A stretch of DNA of 64,000 bases from Callorhinchus milii (Eukaryota): contig NW_024704742.1 of the NCBI RefSeq assembly GCF_018977255.1, positions 116,808,001 through 116,872,000 on the forward strand. The letters run 5' to 3'. A model generated the notes under the pieces. The model was not told where the DNA came from. It searched no databases and saw only the letters and a program-made list of their open reading frames with translations. The position numbers and the translations under genes are program-made. Shown piece by piece: positions 1 to 64,000 of this stretch. Positions within the stretch are counted from its first letter, which is position 1, and each line of letters begins with the position of its first letter.

Positions 1-1775
1 GAGAAGGCAGATTTTAGACATTTAAAAACTGAAGGGAGATAAAGGCAGCAATAATTGCTTGGATTACAGTTTTACAAACTCCCTTCTACCTATCCATCCT
101 CTATACCCTGGTGAGATGTTTAGTGAAATGTATGTATAAGCTCCAAGACTGAAGGTTTCTAGGACTTCTCAGAAACAAGTACAACTTACTTCAGTATTGT
201 ACTCAGCTGCCAAGCACAACAACAAACAAAGCAATAGGTATCAATGTCTTCAATCAACAAGAAGAAAAAAGCCATCTTGCTACACATAATCTAATGGGAA
301 CTGAGGTTCTGAAGATGCACCTATTCCACATAGCAAGAAATTTCAAGAGCATGTTCATCTTGTCCTGAAACACAACTAATCACATCAGGAACAGCACTTA
401 ATTCAATTCATAACCAATTTTGTGCAATTGCATTAATGACTGGGAATGTGTGCACTTTCAGAGAAGAGTGCACTTCATATATATATATATATGTATATAT
501 ACACACAATAGGTTTCATCTGATGCTATACTTAATTCTATAATGCACATCCTTCGATCAATATTTTAAAACAATCATCTTTCAACGATGTCTATACTGGT
601 CATGACTTGAATGCCAATCTATTTCAACATGTACAATCACTCTTTGACATGTTTCAAGTAATCCCCTGCCAGCCCACAACAGTCCTAAAGATTTCAGATT
701 TATCAATTACAACACAAAATATGTAACAAATTTACAAACTAAAAAAAACAGTAGAAATATAGAGCTTGTAAACAAAATGGAAATAAAGCTTTTCAAAATC
801 TCCATCAGAGCATGGTCTTCATTGGAGATGGTAAGAAAGGGAAAAGGCAAATGCCAGAGATCAAAAGACAGACAGCCCTCAAATCGTATTACAAACAAGA
901 AATCAGTGTAAGAAACGAGGCTTTAGAAATTACCAATAAAAGAATATGGTGAGTTCAGCGACTATAGAATTGAAAAGATTTCAGCAAAATCTAAAAGAAT
1001 TACACTCTATCGTCGACCCAAAGATGGCTAATATTTGTGCAACTTCTACAGGTTACAAATTCTAGATGCGTGTTGCAAACATTTTGAATGTTTGGCCATG
1101 ATTTATGCAGGCCTATATTGTACTAACAAACATGCATTTTAACAATTAAAGCCATCAACCCACACCTTTTGATCCAAAAGGTGATTGTTTTGTGTAAAAA
1201 AAATGTGCTGGGTGAAAACGAGTTTTCTACAGCTTAACAAGCTGCATGTATTGATGATTACACACTGACGCACTAAAAGGAAACAGAGTACAGACAGCAT
1301 TGGATGTTCAGCCACAGGTACAAAAACACAGCCTGTATCAGCTGGGTGGAGGCTGGAGCCAGGGACTGGTCTTTGCAAGGGAGGAAAAACGCTGGGAATT
1401 CAATGTACCAACTTGAAGGAGTCTCCATTTATAATCCTTCAGTCCAGGATAACATCTTTGCTTCATGTTGATCGCCAGAGAAAACTTGGTAGAAACAGCA
1501 GCAAAATTCGTGCTGAACACTAAAAAAAAATGATGGATTTAAATACTTTTGTCAATATGTTATTTGCACAAATGGCAGAACACTTAAATCATTTATAGAA
1601 TATGGACCTCAAACTCAGGAGGATAATTAAATAACATTTTAGATTTAACTTTGGACTGTCTGATTGATAATATTGGTTCTCAAGGGCATAGAATAATTTT
1701 ATTAATTTACTAGGCGGAATATTTCTAATGTGTACCAAGAGTGTTTGTTGAAGGTAGTGACAGTACCTGCTGATA
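1..1775 (-). other. CERT1: CERT1 3' UTR region (end not defined; may extend beyond the window)
   Basis: AT-rich, free of interspersed repeats, downstream of the stop. AATAAA on the minus strand at 1698-1703. Confidence 0.6.
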
Positions 1776-53782
<52,007 letters not shown>

Positions 53783-53797
53783 GAGAGAAGGCTCGGG

Positions 53798-53890
53798 GGG
53801 CCGGGCCGGGGAGAGGCCGGGCCGGGGAGAGGCCGGGCCGGGGAGAGGCCGGGCCGGGCCGGGGAGAGGTCGGGTCGGGCCGGGCCCGGG
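53798..53890 (+). repeat. GC-rich tandem repeat (GGGCCGGGGAGAGGCC units) in the CERT1 5' UTR
   Basis: About 4 copies of a ~16-bp unit plus GGGCC subunits. Confidence 0.8.
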
Positions 53891-53982
53891 GTTCGGCGGT
53901 GCTGGGACTCGCTGTGGGTGAGGGGGAGCGGGAGGCTGTGGCCGGGGATCGGCTGCTTCTCTTGACGCCGCCACAATCCACC

Positions 53983-54003
53983 TCACGCCGCCGCCGCCGC
54001 CAT
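53983..54003 (-). other. uORF MAAAAA* in the CERT1 leader
   Basis: CAAA ATG GCG GCG GCG GCG GCG TGA in strong Kozak context, out of frame with CERT1. Depends on the TSS lying upstream of 54003. Confidence 0.5.
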
Positions 54004-54056
54004 TTTGTGACGTCACCGGTGGGTGGCGCGCGGGGCGCTGTCTCCTCGTGACGTGG
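53996..54056. promoter_or_regulatory. Core promoter motif cluster: YY1 (CCGCCATTTT), full CRE (GTGACGTCAC 54007-54016), UPRE/ATF-like TGACGTGG (54049-54056)
   Basis: Exact consensus matches ~220-270 nt upstream of the ATG inside the CpG island. Confidence 0.7.
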
Positions 54057-54102
54057 GCACCGTCCGGATCCGGACAGGAGAACAGCGCGTGTGCGAACTC
54101 CA

Positions 54103-55990
54103 GCACTGCACTGGGACCCTCACTCCCTCCCTCACTGCACTGCACTGGGATCCTCACTCCCTCCCTCACTGCACTGGGATCCTCACTGCACTGGGCTCCT
54201 CACTCCCTCCCTCACTGCACTGGGCTCCTCACTCCCTCCCTCACTGCACTGGGCTCCTCACTCCCTCCCTCACTGCACTGGGACCCTCACTCCCTCCCTC
54301 ACTGCACTGGGCTCCTCGCTCCCTCACTGCACTGGAATCCTCACTGCATTCGGATCCTCACTCCCTCGCTGCACTGGGATCCTCACTGCACTGGGATCCT
54401 CACTCCCTCACTGCACTGGGATCCTCACTGCACTGGGATCCTCACTCCCTCACTGCACTGGGATCCTCGCTGCACTGGGATCTTCACTCCCTCACTGCAC
54501 TGGGATCCTCACTGCACTGGGATCCTCAGTCCCTCACTCCCCCACTACACTGGGCTCCTCACTCATTCACTCACTCACCACACATTGGTCCCCTCACTCA
54601 CTTACTCATTCACTCACTACACTGGGTTCCTCACTCCCTCACTGCACTGGGCTCCTCACTCCCTCCCTCATTGCACTCCTCACTCCCTCCCTCACTGCAC
54701 TGGGCTCCTCACTCCCTCACTGCACTGGGCTCCTCACCCCCTCACTGCACTGGGCTCCTCACTCCCTCACTGCACTGGGCTCCTCACCCCCTCACTGCAC
54801 TGGGCTCCTCACTCCCTCACTGCACTGGGCTCCTCACTGCACTGGGCTCCTCACTCCCTCCCTCACTGCACTGGGCTCCTCACTGCACTGGGCTCCTCAC
54901 TCCCTCCCTCACTGCACTGGGCTCCTCACTGCACTGGGTTCCTCCCTCCCTCACTGCACTGGGCTCCTCACTCCCTCCCTCACTGCACCGGGCTCCTCAC
55001 TGCACTGGGATACTCACTGCAGTAGGATCCTCACTCCCTCCCTCACTGCACTGGGCTCCTCACTCCCTCCCTCCCTCACTGCACTGGGCTCCTTACTGCA
55101 CTGGGCTCCTCGCTCCCTCCCTCACTGCACTGGGATCCTCGCTCCCTCACTGCACTGGGATCCTCACTGCATTGGGATCCTCACTCCCTCACTGCACTGG
55201 GATCCTCACTGCACTGGGATCCTCACTCCCTCACTGCACTGGGCTCCTCACTCACTCACTACGCTCCTCACTCACCGCACCCTGGGCTCCTCACTCACTC
55301 AATCATTCACTTACCGCACACTGGGCTCTTCACTCACTAACTGTATCACAGGGCTCTTCACTCACTCACCGCGCATTGAGCTCCTCATTCACTCACTGCG
55401 CTCCTCACTCACTGCACACTGAGCTCCTCACTCAGTCCCTCACTACACTGGGCTCCTCACTCCCTCACATCCTCACTACACTGGGTCCTTCACTCCCTCA
55501 CTGCACTGGGCTCCTCACTCACTCCCTCACTACACTGGGCTCCTCACTCACTTACTCACTACGCTCCTCACTCACTCACTCACCGCGCACTGGGCTCCTC
55601 ACTCATTCACTCACTGCGCTCCTCACTCACTGCACACTGGGCTCCTCACTTACTCACTGCATACTGGGCTCCTCACTCACTCACTCACTGCACACTGGGC
55701 TCCTCACTCACTCACTGCACACTGGGCTCCTCACTCACTCACTCACTCACTCACTCACTGCACACTGGGCTCCTCACTCACTCACTGCACACTGGGCTCC
55801 TCACTTGCCGCACACTGGGCTCCTCACTCACTGCACACTGGGCTCCTCACTCACTGCACACTGGGCTCCTCACTCACTCACTCACTGCACACTGGGCTCC
55901 TCACTCACTCACTGCACACTGGGCTCCTCACTCACTGCACACTGGGCTTGTTTTAAAAAAATACATTCACTGCACTGAGCTCCTCACTCT
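54103..55990 (+). repeat. ~1.9-kb minisatellite: core CACTGCACTGGGMTCCT plus variable CACTCCCT/(CACT)n spacers (17/25/29-bp units)
   Basis: Units directly visible. Three overlapping repetitive ORFs in the track. Confidence 0.95.
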
Positions 55991-56834
55991 GAGCTATTCT
56001 CTTAACATGCACATATTCTGCACTGACCTACTCTGTCTCATACACAAAAACGCCACCAACCTGTTCTCTCTCTCACACACTATATACTGAATCTATCTCT
56101 CTCTCACACACACATACAAACTCTGCACTGAATTGTTCTCTTTCACACACAAACACACAGTGAGCTGCTGAGAAGCTAAAATTTTTGTGCCGACCACAAA
56201 ACTGGTCAAAACTGGTCAGCGCCTTGGGACGTCCTCCCGACGTGAAAGGCGTTCTATAAATGGAATCTTGTTGTTGTTGTTGTTGTTGTATTCACTTCTT
56301 GGCTGTTTGTGGGACATTGTGTGTAAAATTGGCTGCCAAGTTTATCTACAAATGCAGTCAGCACACTTCACAATTTTTTAAAAAGTTGTGAGCCACTTTG
56401 AGATGTTGACAAGTGATAAGGCACTGTATCAAAAGCAAGGAATATTCTATGACTGAGCTGCTCTTATACACACTCTGCACTGAGAGCTGTGCCACCGACC
56501 GCTGCCCAGATACTGCTGTGCAACAGTGAATTGTTCTCACACATACTGTATCATGCAATCTGCGCAACTTTCACAGAGAACTGCAACTGGCCAATGCTCT
56601 CACATCTGAGCATCTGTGGGCATTGTCATTGCTCTCACAGACTGAGCAGCGGTATCCATCCACCTACTGTTTCACTCTTTGCAAAACTACATTTATACAC
56701 CACAGTCTCGATCAAAACCAGGTAATGAAGGGTTGCAAGCGTGCACTGCTGAGGTTCCAGTCCAATTGGAGAGCCTGTAAATATGCAGCAGGGCAATCAG
56801 AATCCAAAAAAGAAAAATAGGTTAACCTTCTGGC

Positions 56835-57230
56835 ATAATAATCTTTGCATTTGGGATAGCGATTTCATTCCAGGAGAATATGCTAAAGCGTTTCACAGGA
56901 ATATATTGTAAAGTATAGTGACCTTGTTCTATAGGTGAATACTGCAGCCAATTTTGCACACAGCAAAATCCCACAAATAGCCAAGGAGTGAAAGACCAAT
57001 TTTGTTTTGGGGATTGTCCGTCACGAAAAACTCCCTTTTCTTTTTGAATATTGCCTTGGAATTTTTAACATCCACCTAAGTAGGTAAGATAGGGCCTCAG
57101 TTTTATGTCACATCCAAAATACCATGCCTCTGACAATGCAGCACACTACCAGCACTGCATTGGAGCATCTGCTTAGTCTATACAATTTCCCAACATGGGG
57201 CTTGAACCTGCTGGCTCACAAAATGCTCAC
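56835..57230 (-). mobile_element. Diverged DeuSINE-like copy
   Basis: Tail, core and GGGCTTGAACC B-box recognisable. Confidence 0.62.
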
Positions 57231-57513
57231 AAAACTGACATCTAATAACCTTTGATCTGAACTGAAAGAGAAGTTTATAGGACAGAGGTAAACACAGATA
57301 TAGAAAAGTAAATGGGAGAGAAGTATTTAAGTATGGTGACTCAGGGGGTCTTACTAAGGATTGGTGTGATCGGCTCATGAAGCTTAGTGTGGGAGAGGAC
57401 ACAAGCTACAGAATTCTGAATAATCTGAGGCTTGTGACGGGAAGAATTGGTAAATCCGACAAGCAGAGAGTTTGCATAATGAAACCTGGACATAATGAAA
57501 GTGTGGATGAGAG

Positions 57514-58630
57514 TTCATAGATTCATAGAATTATACAGCACAGAAGGAGGCCATTCAGCCCATCGGTCTGTGCCGGCTCTTTGAAAAGGGCTATCCAATT
57601 CAATCCCACTCCCCCGCTCTCTCCCCATAGCCCTGTAAATTTGTCCTCCCCAAATAATTATCTACTCTCTTAAAAGTTGTTATCGAATTGGCTTCCACCA
57701 CCCTTTCAGGAATGTATTCCAGATCCGAACAACTTGCTGTGTGAAAAAATTTCTCCTCATCTCCCGTCTGTTTCTTTTAATAACTATTTTAAGTCAGTGC
57801 CCTCGGGTTACCGACCCACCCGCCAGTGGAAATAGTTGCTCCTTGTTCACCGTATCGAATCTGCTCATAATTTTGAAAACTTCTATTAAGTCTCCTCTTA
57901 ACCTTCTCTGCTCCAAGGAGAATAATCCTAACTTCTCTAAACTCTCCTGATAACTGAAGTCTTTCATTCCTGGTACCATCCTGGTAAATCCCCTTTGCAC
58001 CCTTCTTCAGTGCCTTGACATCCTTCCTAATGTGTGGTGCCCAGAACTGAACACAGTCTCTAGCTGAGACCTAACCAGTGTTTTATGAAGGTTCATCATA
58101 ACTTCCTGACTTTTGTATTCTATGCTCGTATTTCTAGAGTCTAGTATTCCGTATGCTTTCTTTTAACAGCTTTATCTGCCTGTCCTGCCACCTTCAAAGA
58201 TTTACTTATATGAACCCCCAGGTCTCTCTGTTCCTTCACCTCCTTTAAGATTGTACCATCAGTTTATATTGCCTCCCAAAATGCGTCACTTTGATTTCTC
58301 CAAATTAAACTTCATCTGCCCATTTTACCAGTCTGTCAATGTCTATTTGCAGTCTGTTAATATCCTCACTGTTTACTACTTTTCCTAGCTTAGTATCATC
58401 TGCAAACTTGGAAATTGTACTCCCTAGGCCCAAGTCCAGGTTATTTATATAGATCAAAAACAGCAGTGGTCCCAATACTGATTCCTGGGGGACACCACTT
58501 GCAAACTTCCCTCCAGTCAGAAAACAACCGTTCACTCCCACTCTCTGCTTTCTGTATCCCAGTCAGTTCTGCATCCATGCTGCCACTGTCCCTTTAGTAT
58601 TGTGTGCTTCTATTTTGCTTACAAGTCTCT
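57514..58630 (-). mobile_element. CR1-type LINE 3' fragment with degraded RT
   Basis: SGVPQESVLGPLLFLIYIN...SKFADDTK and QRRLRGDLIEVFKIM motifs, with frameshifts. Confidence 0.9.
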
Positions 58631-59519
58631 TATGTGGCACTTTATCAAACGTTTCAGCAGCCTGAGGGGAGAGATATTGGTGGAGGCGGGCAGTTCAAGA
58701 TGGATAAGTATAAGATACTCCATATCTATTTAATTTTGTTGAAGGATACACTCTCATTTATTGAATTTCGCCCTTTTCTGATCGGGAACTCCCCAAAAGT
58801 AGGGTGAAAACCTTTAAATTACGCAGCAAGCAGCTATTTTAGAAGGGCTTAGATCCGTTTGAAAATTTCTAAGAAAATTTCTAGATAAGCACCCACAAAC
58901 ATTCCTGTCCTGGAAGGGTAAATTACAAAAAACAATTAAATAAGCTAGGGTTTGAAAAACTTCAGAAAAAGAGATGCCTTAGAGACAGGGGCAGTCTGGT
59001 TGTATAGGAAATCGGGATATTTCTTGAGTGCCTAGCAGATACTCGTGCTCCCTGTAATTGGCTCCCAATATGTATATGCAGCTCAGTTCAGAAATTTTTT
59101 GTTTAAGCCTCAACAAAGGTTTTAGATACTTGATGCTGAATCAGAGCCCCCATGAATCAGTGCCCCCACGACTCAGCACCCCATTTTACTTGACAATCCC
59201 AAGCTCTGTCAGGGAGCCAGTCCACCACTGCTCAGAGGAACCTTTTAGAAGTACGATATATAGCAACAACAAATTACATTTGTATAGCACCTTTCAGGTC
59301 AGAAGTACGTCCCAAAGCGCCAGACATCAGGAATCCGCACCCGAGCTGGTGGTTGGGATCAGGAGGGGTGGAGGGAGCAGAGGGGTAGGAGGGTGACCAA
59401 AGGCATGGTATAAGATTACTAAATGAGATAAAGTGAACTCAGAACAATACTTTCAGATTATGTCAGTAGCACAAGAGGTCACAGATTCCAGTTGTGATGG
59501 ACACATTTTTAGCCGAAGA

Positions 59520-59940
59520 GATACTTTAATTTGATATAGTGTGTGTCGCCTCTGGAGGATGTCTCAAAGCCCTTCCTTGGATTTACTATAAAGTGTAATT
59601 AGTGTATTTTGTAGGTGAACCCCACAGGCAATCTGCCCCACAAACAGCCTTGAAGTGAATGATCAATTTGTTTGAGGGATTGTTGATCAGGACACTGGGA
59701 GAAACTCCCTTCTCTTTTCAACTATTGTAATGAGATCTTTAATGTCCACTTGAACAGCGGTTTGGGACCTCTGTTTAACAACTCACCTAAACAAGAGATC
59801 CTCCAACTATGCAGTATTCCCCCAGCTTTATATTGGAGCTTTAGCCTAGGCTACGTGAATTCAAAATCCCAACATGGGGCAGGAACCCACAACCTTCGGA
59901 CAAAGAGGTGAGAGAACTTGAAATGAGTCAGGCTGACCCC
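59520..59940 (-). mobile_element. Diverged DeuSINE-like copy
   Basis: Same motifs. GAACCCACAACCTTC head. Confidence 0.6.
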
Positions 59941-60605
59941 ATTAAGCATAGTAATGAGTTTCTGCATGTGTCAGACAATGGAACATTTCAGAAACTTTTG
60001 TAATGTTTTAGCCTATTGAATGCCAATTATATAAAAGTTGACATGGTCACATCTGTGTGGACACTAGATCAATTGTTGATACATAAAAATATTTCAAAAC
60101 AAGATGGACTGGGTGACTTAATTTCTGAGTGGCACCCAAAATCTGGGGAAGAAAACACATTATGTCATGGTAACATTAAAACTATCATTTCAAAGATAGA
60201 ATTGAAAGAGTTGGAATGAAGAATTGGGTTAATATACTGCCCTTCACCTCTAAGATCTAGCTTCAAAACCATTCGAGAAATAAAATAAAAGAGCCACTGA
60301 TTGTAGCATCACTGGAGAGGTAATACTTCCACCAAAAGTTTTATTGTTACATTAGCCCAGAAATTCAGAGCTGATTATCAACATCAACAACAACTTACAT
60401 TTAGATAGCACACTTCACATAGGATAACTTGTCAGAGCACTTGGAAACAGTGAAGTCCTTAGAGCCCTTTCTCAGCATGGCTGAGAATGTTTCGGGGACA
60501 AAAGTGTCCCTCATACCCTTTTTTCTCTTTAAAAACATATTTGGAAGGATGAGGGTACATTAATGTTAATCAACATAAAAACAAAGTCATAAGATAAAAC
60601 ATATA

Positions 60606-60720
60606 CAGGGTGACCAAAAAATCATGAAGCTATCCTATTATCTAAAAAATAAACAAAAATATAATTTTTTAAAGACTTTTTAGGCATTGTAATGAATATC
60701 ATAACTTTTTGGTCACTCTG
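60606..60720. mobile_element. 115-bp Tc1/mariner-type MITE
   Basis: TA|CAGGGTGACCAAAAAATCATGA ... TCATAACTTTTTGGTCACTCTG|TA. Confidence 0.8.
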
Positions 60721-61480
60721 TATATCCTCTGAAGAATGAATAAGATAAGAGAAAAGTATTTCCAACATTTCAGAGGCAAACCTTTTCATGTAGGCTTACT
60801 CCCAACTTGACTGGCGAAATAAAATAGATACAATTTGCCAGATTTTATCCCTTCTCCAATAATGTCAAGGATTATTATTAATAATAATGATGAACAAAGT
60901 GGTTGATGAAAAAGACAATATTTAATTGAAAACAAGTCAGCTCCTTACATTCTGTCTGATTTTCTTCACAGTCAATAATTCATCTTTCTTTTTGCTTTCA
61001 TTACTCTTTTTTTCTGGGTTCCACTGGCTACCATCCCCCAGTTTGAATTCAAGATTCTCATTCTCACTAACAATTGACTCTATGTCCTCGCAACTACCCT
61101 TGCAATCCTACATCCCCATGCCTTTCCTTCCACTCAGCAAACACTGGCTTAGTTCAAATCCTCCACGCTCTCTGCCCCACCATTGGAAATGAATACGATT
61201 CCCAGGATGAGCCTTCAGCATTTTGCCGCCACACTTAAACTCCATCCAGCAGTCCTTCTACGTCACCCCTTCCCTCCTCACCTTCAAAACATGCCTTAAG
61301 ATCCATTTCTTTACATGTGCTTTCAGTCATCTTCTGCTACTCCCCTCAGCTCCCATTAAATTATGCTCCCAATCAGTTGTGTGAAGTGATCCACTTGGAG
61401 ATGTCCTCCTGACATGAAAGGTGCTTTAGAATGTACCTCATTGTTCTCGTCCTCTCTTTCTCACCCACTTGCTCTCATTG

Positions 61481-61813
61481 TGGAGTCCTGTAGCTCAGTG
61501 GTTAGAGCACTCGCTTTGCAAGCGAGAGACCTGAGTTCAATTCCAGGCAGAGGGCGAAACCTTGGGCAAGTTTCCTTACTCCACACAGAGCCTAATAATA
61601 ATCCCTCCAAAACCAAAAACAATAATAAATTGGTCATTTTCAATCTACGACTGTTTGTGGGACATTGCTGTGCGCAATTGGCTGCCGCGTTCACCCACAA
61701 ATATACAGTCAATTCACTTTACAGTGTGTTCTGTGAAGCGCTTTGGGACGTCCTCCCGACGTGAAAAGCGCTATATCAAATGCAAGGATTATTATTATTA
61801 TTATTATTATTAT
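61481..61813 (+). mobile_element. Full-length tRNA(Ala)-derived SINE with Deu-like core and L2-type tail
   Basis: A-box TAGCTCAGTGG, B-box GTTCAATTCC, anticodon arm CTCGC-TTTGCAA-GCGAG, (TTA)n tail. Possible TSD TCATTGT at 61475-61481 and 61817-61823. Confidence 0.92.
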
Positions 61814-62649
61814 TTATCATTGTCTCTTATTTAATTTTTCCTTTACCTTTGACCTGTTTATTTGGTCCTTCATTCCCAATTGTATGACTTAAAACATTTG
61901 CAAATTAGATAGCTAACTGCTAAAGAAATAGATGAACATGTATGAGAGATAGAATAAAGATTATTATTTTCTTTAAATGTTACACTTGTTACTTTGGATC
62001 TTGTCAAACTTTTCACATTTTCCTACATTCTTAAGTTTAAATGTTTTGTTTTCTTTTTCTTATTTCTTACTCTGTTGCCTATTTATACCTTTGCTTTTGT
62101 TAAAACAACTCTGGCTGTGCTCCCTTGTGAATCCAGGAAGGATCAACAAATTGGTAGTGAGGTAAAGGGTGATCAGTGTGTAAAGTCAGCAAAACAGCCT
62201 TGGCAGGAAGGATATGACCCAGATAAAAGCAGGAAATATTCAGGATTTGTTAGACTTGTCAGTATATTCATGACAAATGAGAATGTACTGTTCTTGTTGT
62301 TTTATCTGACTTCCTGTATTTAATGTAAGAACGATGCTGAACATTATGGCTCAAAGTCAAGATATGTTAAGGATCTCATAAACAGAGTGAATTGGGTTGT
62401 TCTACTCATGAGAATATAAATTCTTCTTTATTTTTGTCTCTCCCTAGCCCTGGGCACTGAGACCAATGAAATACCCAACTCTTGCCCCAGCTGAAATCAA
62501 CTAACTCAGTACAGACTGAAAATTCAATCAACAACCTGATCTGTATGATTTGGCGACACACTAGACCTTTAGGGAAGATCCAATGGAGATTTGTTTTTCA
62601 AAAAAACATTGTTTTTTTGGCAAATCTAACATTAAATAAAATCCAATGC

Positions 62650-63200
62650 TGGATGGGCCGTGCTTTGATTGAGACGTTAAACTATGCCTGCCTATTTCGA
62701 GGGACATTCAAGATCCCATGGTACTATTAAAAANGAGAGAGTGTATCCAGATGCCCTGACCAACAATCCCCCAAATAAAATTTACTTCATGATTGTTTGT
62801 GAGACTTTGCTGTGCACAAATTAACTGATGCATTCACCTACAAAATACAGTTACTACAGTTTATAGTAAATCCTGTGAAGCATTGTGTGATAAGACCCTA
62901 TACGTTCAAAGCTAAATCGAATGCTAGGATTATTTATTATTATCAAAAATAATACTAATTGAGTTAGTACATTGATATAAATACTGAGCTGCTTTAAAAA
63001 AAATGATCTTCCTCATATCTAAAATAATAATAATCCTTGCAATTGATATGATGCCTTATCACATTGTTGAGAAGTCTCAAAGTACTTCACAGAATATAAC
63101 GTAAAGTGGATTGACTGTATATTTTGTGGGTGAAACATGGCAACCAATTGCGCACAGAGATATCCCACAAACAGTAATGGATTGAGTGACCAAATTATTT
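62650..63200. mobile_element. Tail-to-tail pair of SINE fragments (+ 62650-62943; - 63025-63200)
   Basis: Similarity to the in-window SINE copies. Confidence 0.6.
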
Positions 63201-63820
63201 ATTTTTTTAAAAGTCTTAGCACAAGAAGTTATTTCTGATTGATGATTTTATGTCAACAAAAATGTAATCAGAAGTGTTAAATTTTCTTTAATGGATATGT
63301 ATAACTGAGTCAAGCAGGAGGGAGAAAATAAATGAAAACATTTAATGGGAGATTTTAAATAGAATATTGCTTTTTAATGATTAGTGAAATAACTACTAAT
63401 ACTATGAACTATGTTAGATAAGCAGTTTCATACAGAAGTATACAGTCTATGAAGACAAAGTAAAACATGCCAATAAATAAATACATTTATTGAATTAATG
63501 GACTGTGGAATAACAGCTGGTTGAATGTAAGGTAATGCATACTGGTACGTGAGACATATGAATGGGTGTCTCATCATTGGCAAAGATGGAAGAAGCAAAT
63601 GTATTTGTTGACATTTTATTGAAAATATGAGGCTTGTACGAAAAATTAGCATTCTTTCCCAAACAATGTTCAGAATATAAGAATGTAAAAGTAGGGACAG
63701 ACTTTTATCAACACGGTGACCAAGCACTAGAATGCTTGGAATGCTTAAAACTCTGAAATTTAATTGTAAAAGGAAAACTGAAACAAGATGTGATCCACAT
63801 CTTTAATGTAAATAGATTAT

Positions 63821-63822
<2 letters not shown>

Positions 63823-63855
<33 letters not shown>

Positions 63856-64000
63856 CCTTGCATTTGATATAGCGCTTTTCACGTCGGGAGGACATCCCAA
63901 AGCGCTTCACAGAACACACTGTAAAGTGAATTGATTGTATATTTGTGGGTGAACGCGGCAGCCAATTGCGCACAGCAATGTCCCACAAACAGTCATGGAT
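63823..64000 (-). mobile_element. Same SINE, 3' half with long (AAT)n tail, truncated by the window end
   Basis: Near-identity to the 3' half of 61481-61813. Confidence 0.9.

Noticed and set aside
54023-55978. 651-aa, 443-aa and 325-aa ORFs
   Set aside because: Stop-free translations of the minisatellite in all three frames, with no domain content
54103-55990. CRISPR-like repeat/spacer appearance
   Set aside because: Spacers are low-complexity 4-bp modules rather than unique sequences, the context is vertebrate and there are no cas genes
61482-61555. tRNA-Ala(TGC)-like sequence (also at ~33965-34037 and ~4063-4135)
   Set aside because: It is the head of a SINE and continues directly into the SINE core and tail, so it is not a tRNA gene
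61994-62323. ORF or exon-like purine-rich stretch as a possible POLK exon
   Set aside because: Translation shows no resemblance to the POLK N-terminus or any protein I recognise

Overview
This is vertebrate genomic DNA. The SINE/L2/CR1 repeat landscape suggests a cartilaginous fish, probably a chimaera such as the elephant shark (inference). It holds one complete protein-coding gene on the minus strand: CERT1 (COL4A3BP/GPBP, ceramide transfer protein). I traced 17 coding exons by hand from ATG 53782 to TAG 1776. All have GT-AG boundaries and consistent phases, giving 1869 nt or 622 aa: PH domain, serine-repeat motif, coiled coil, FFAT motif, the 26-aa GPBP cassette exon and the START domain. 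A CpG-island promoter (CRE, YY1, UPRE-like sites, a short uORF) is flanked by a G-rich tandem repeat in intron 1 and a ~1.9-kb minisatellite upstream. Introns and the upstream region are filled with tRNA-derived SINEs, L2 and CR1 LINE fragments and several MITEs. The most unusual structures are a 176-bp spacerless palindrome 19 nt from the exon-8 donor, a ~63-bp long-range inverted repeat near exon 3, tandem NAGNAG acceptors, a likely 3'-UTR intron, and a uORF plus an open in-frame N-terminal extension. I found no novel multi-gene system. Most ORFs in the track are repeat-derived or spurious.
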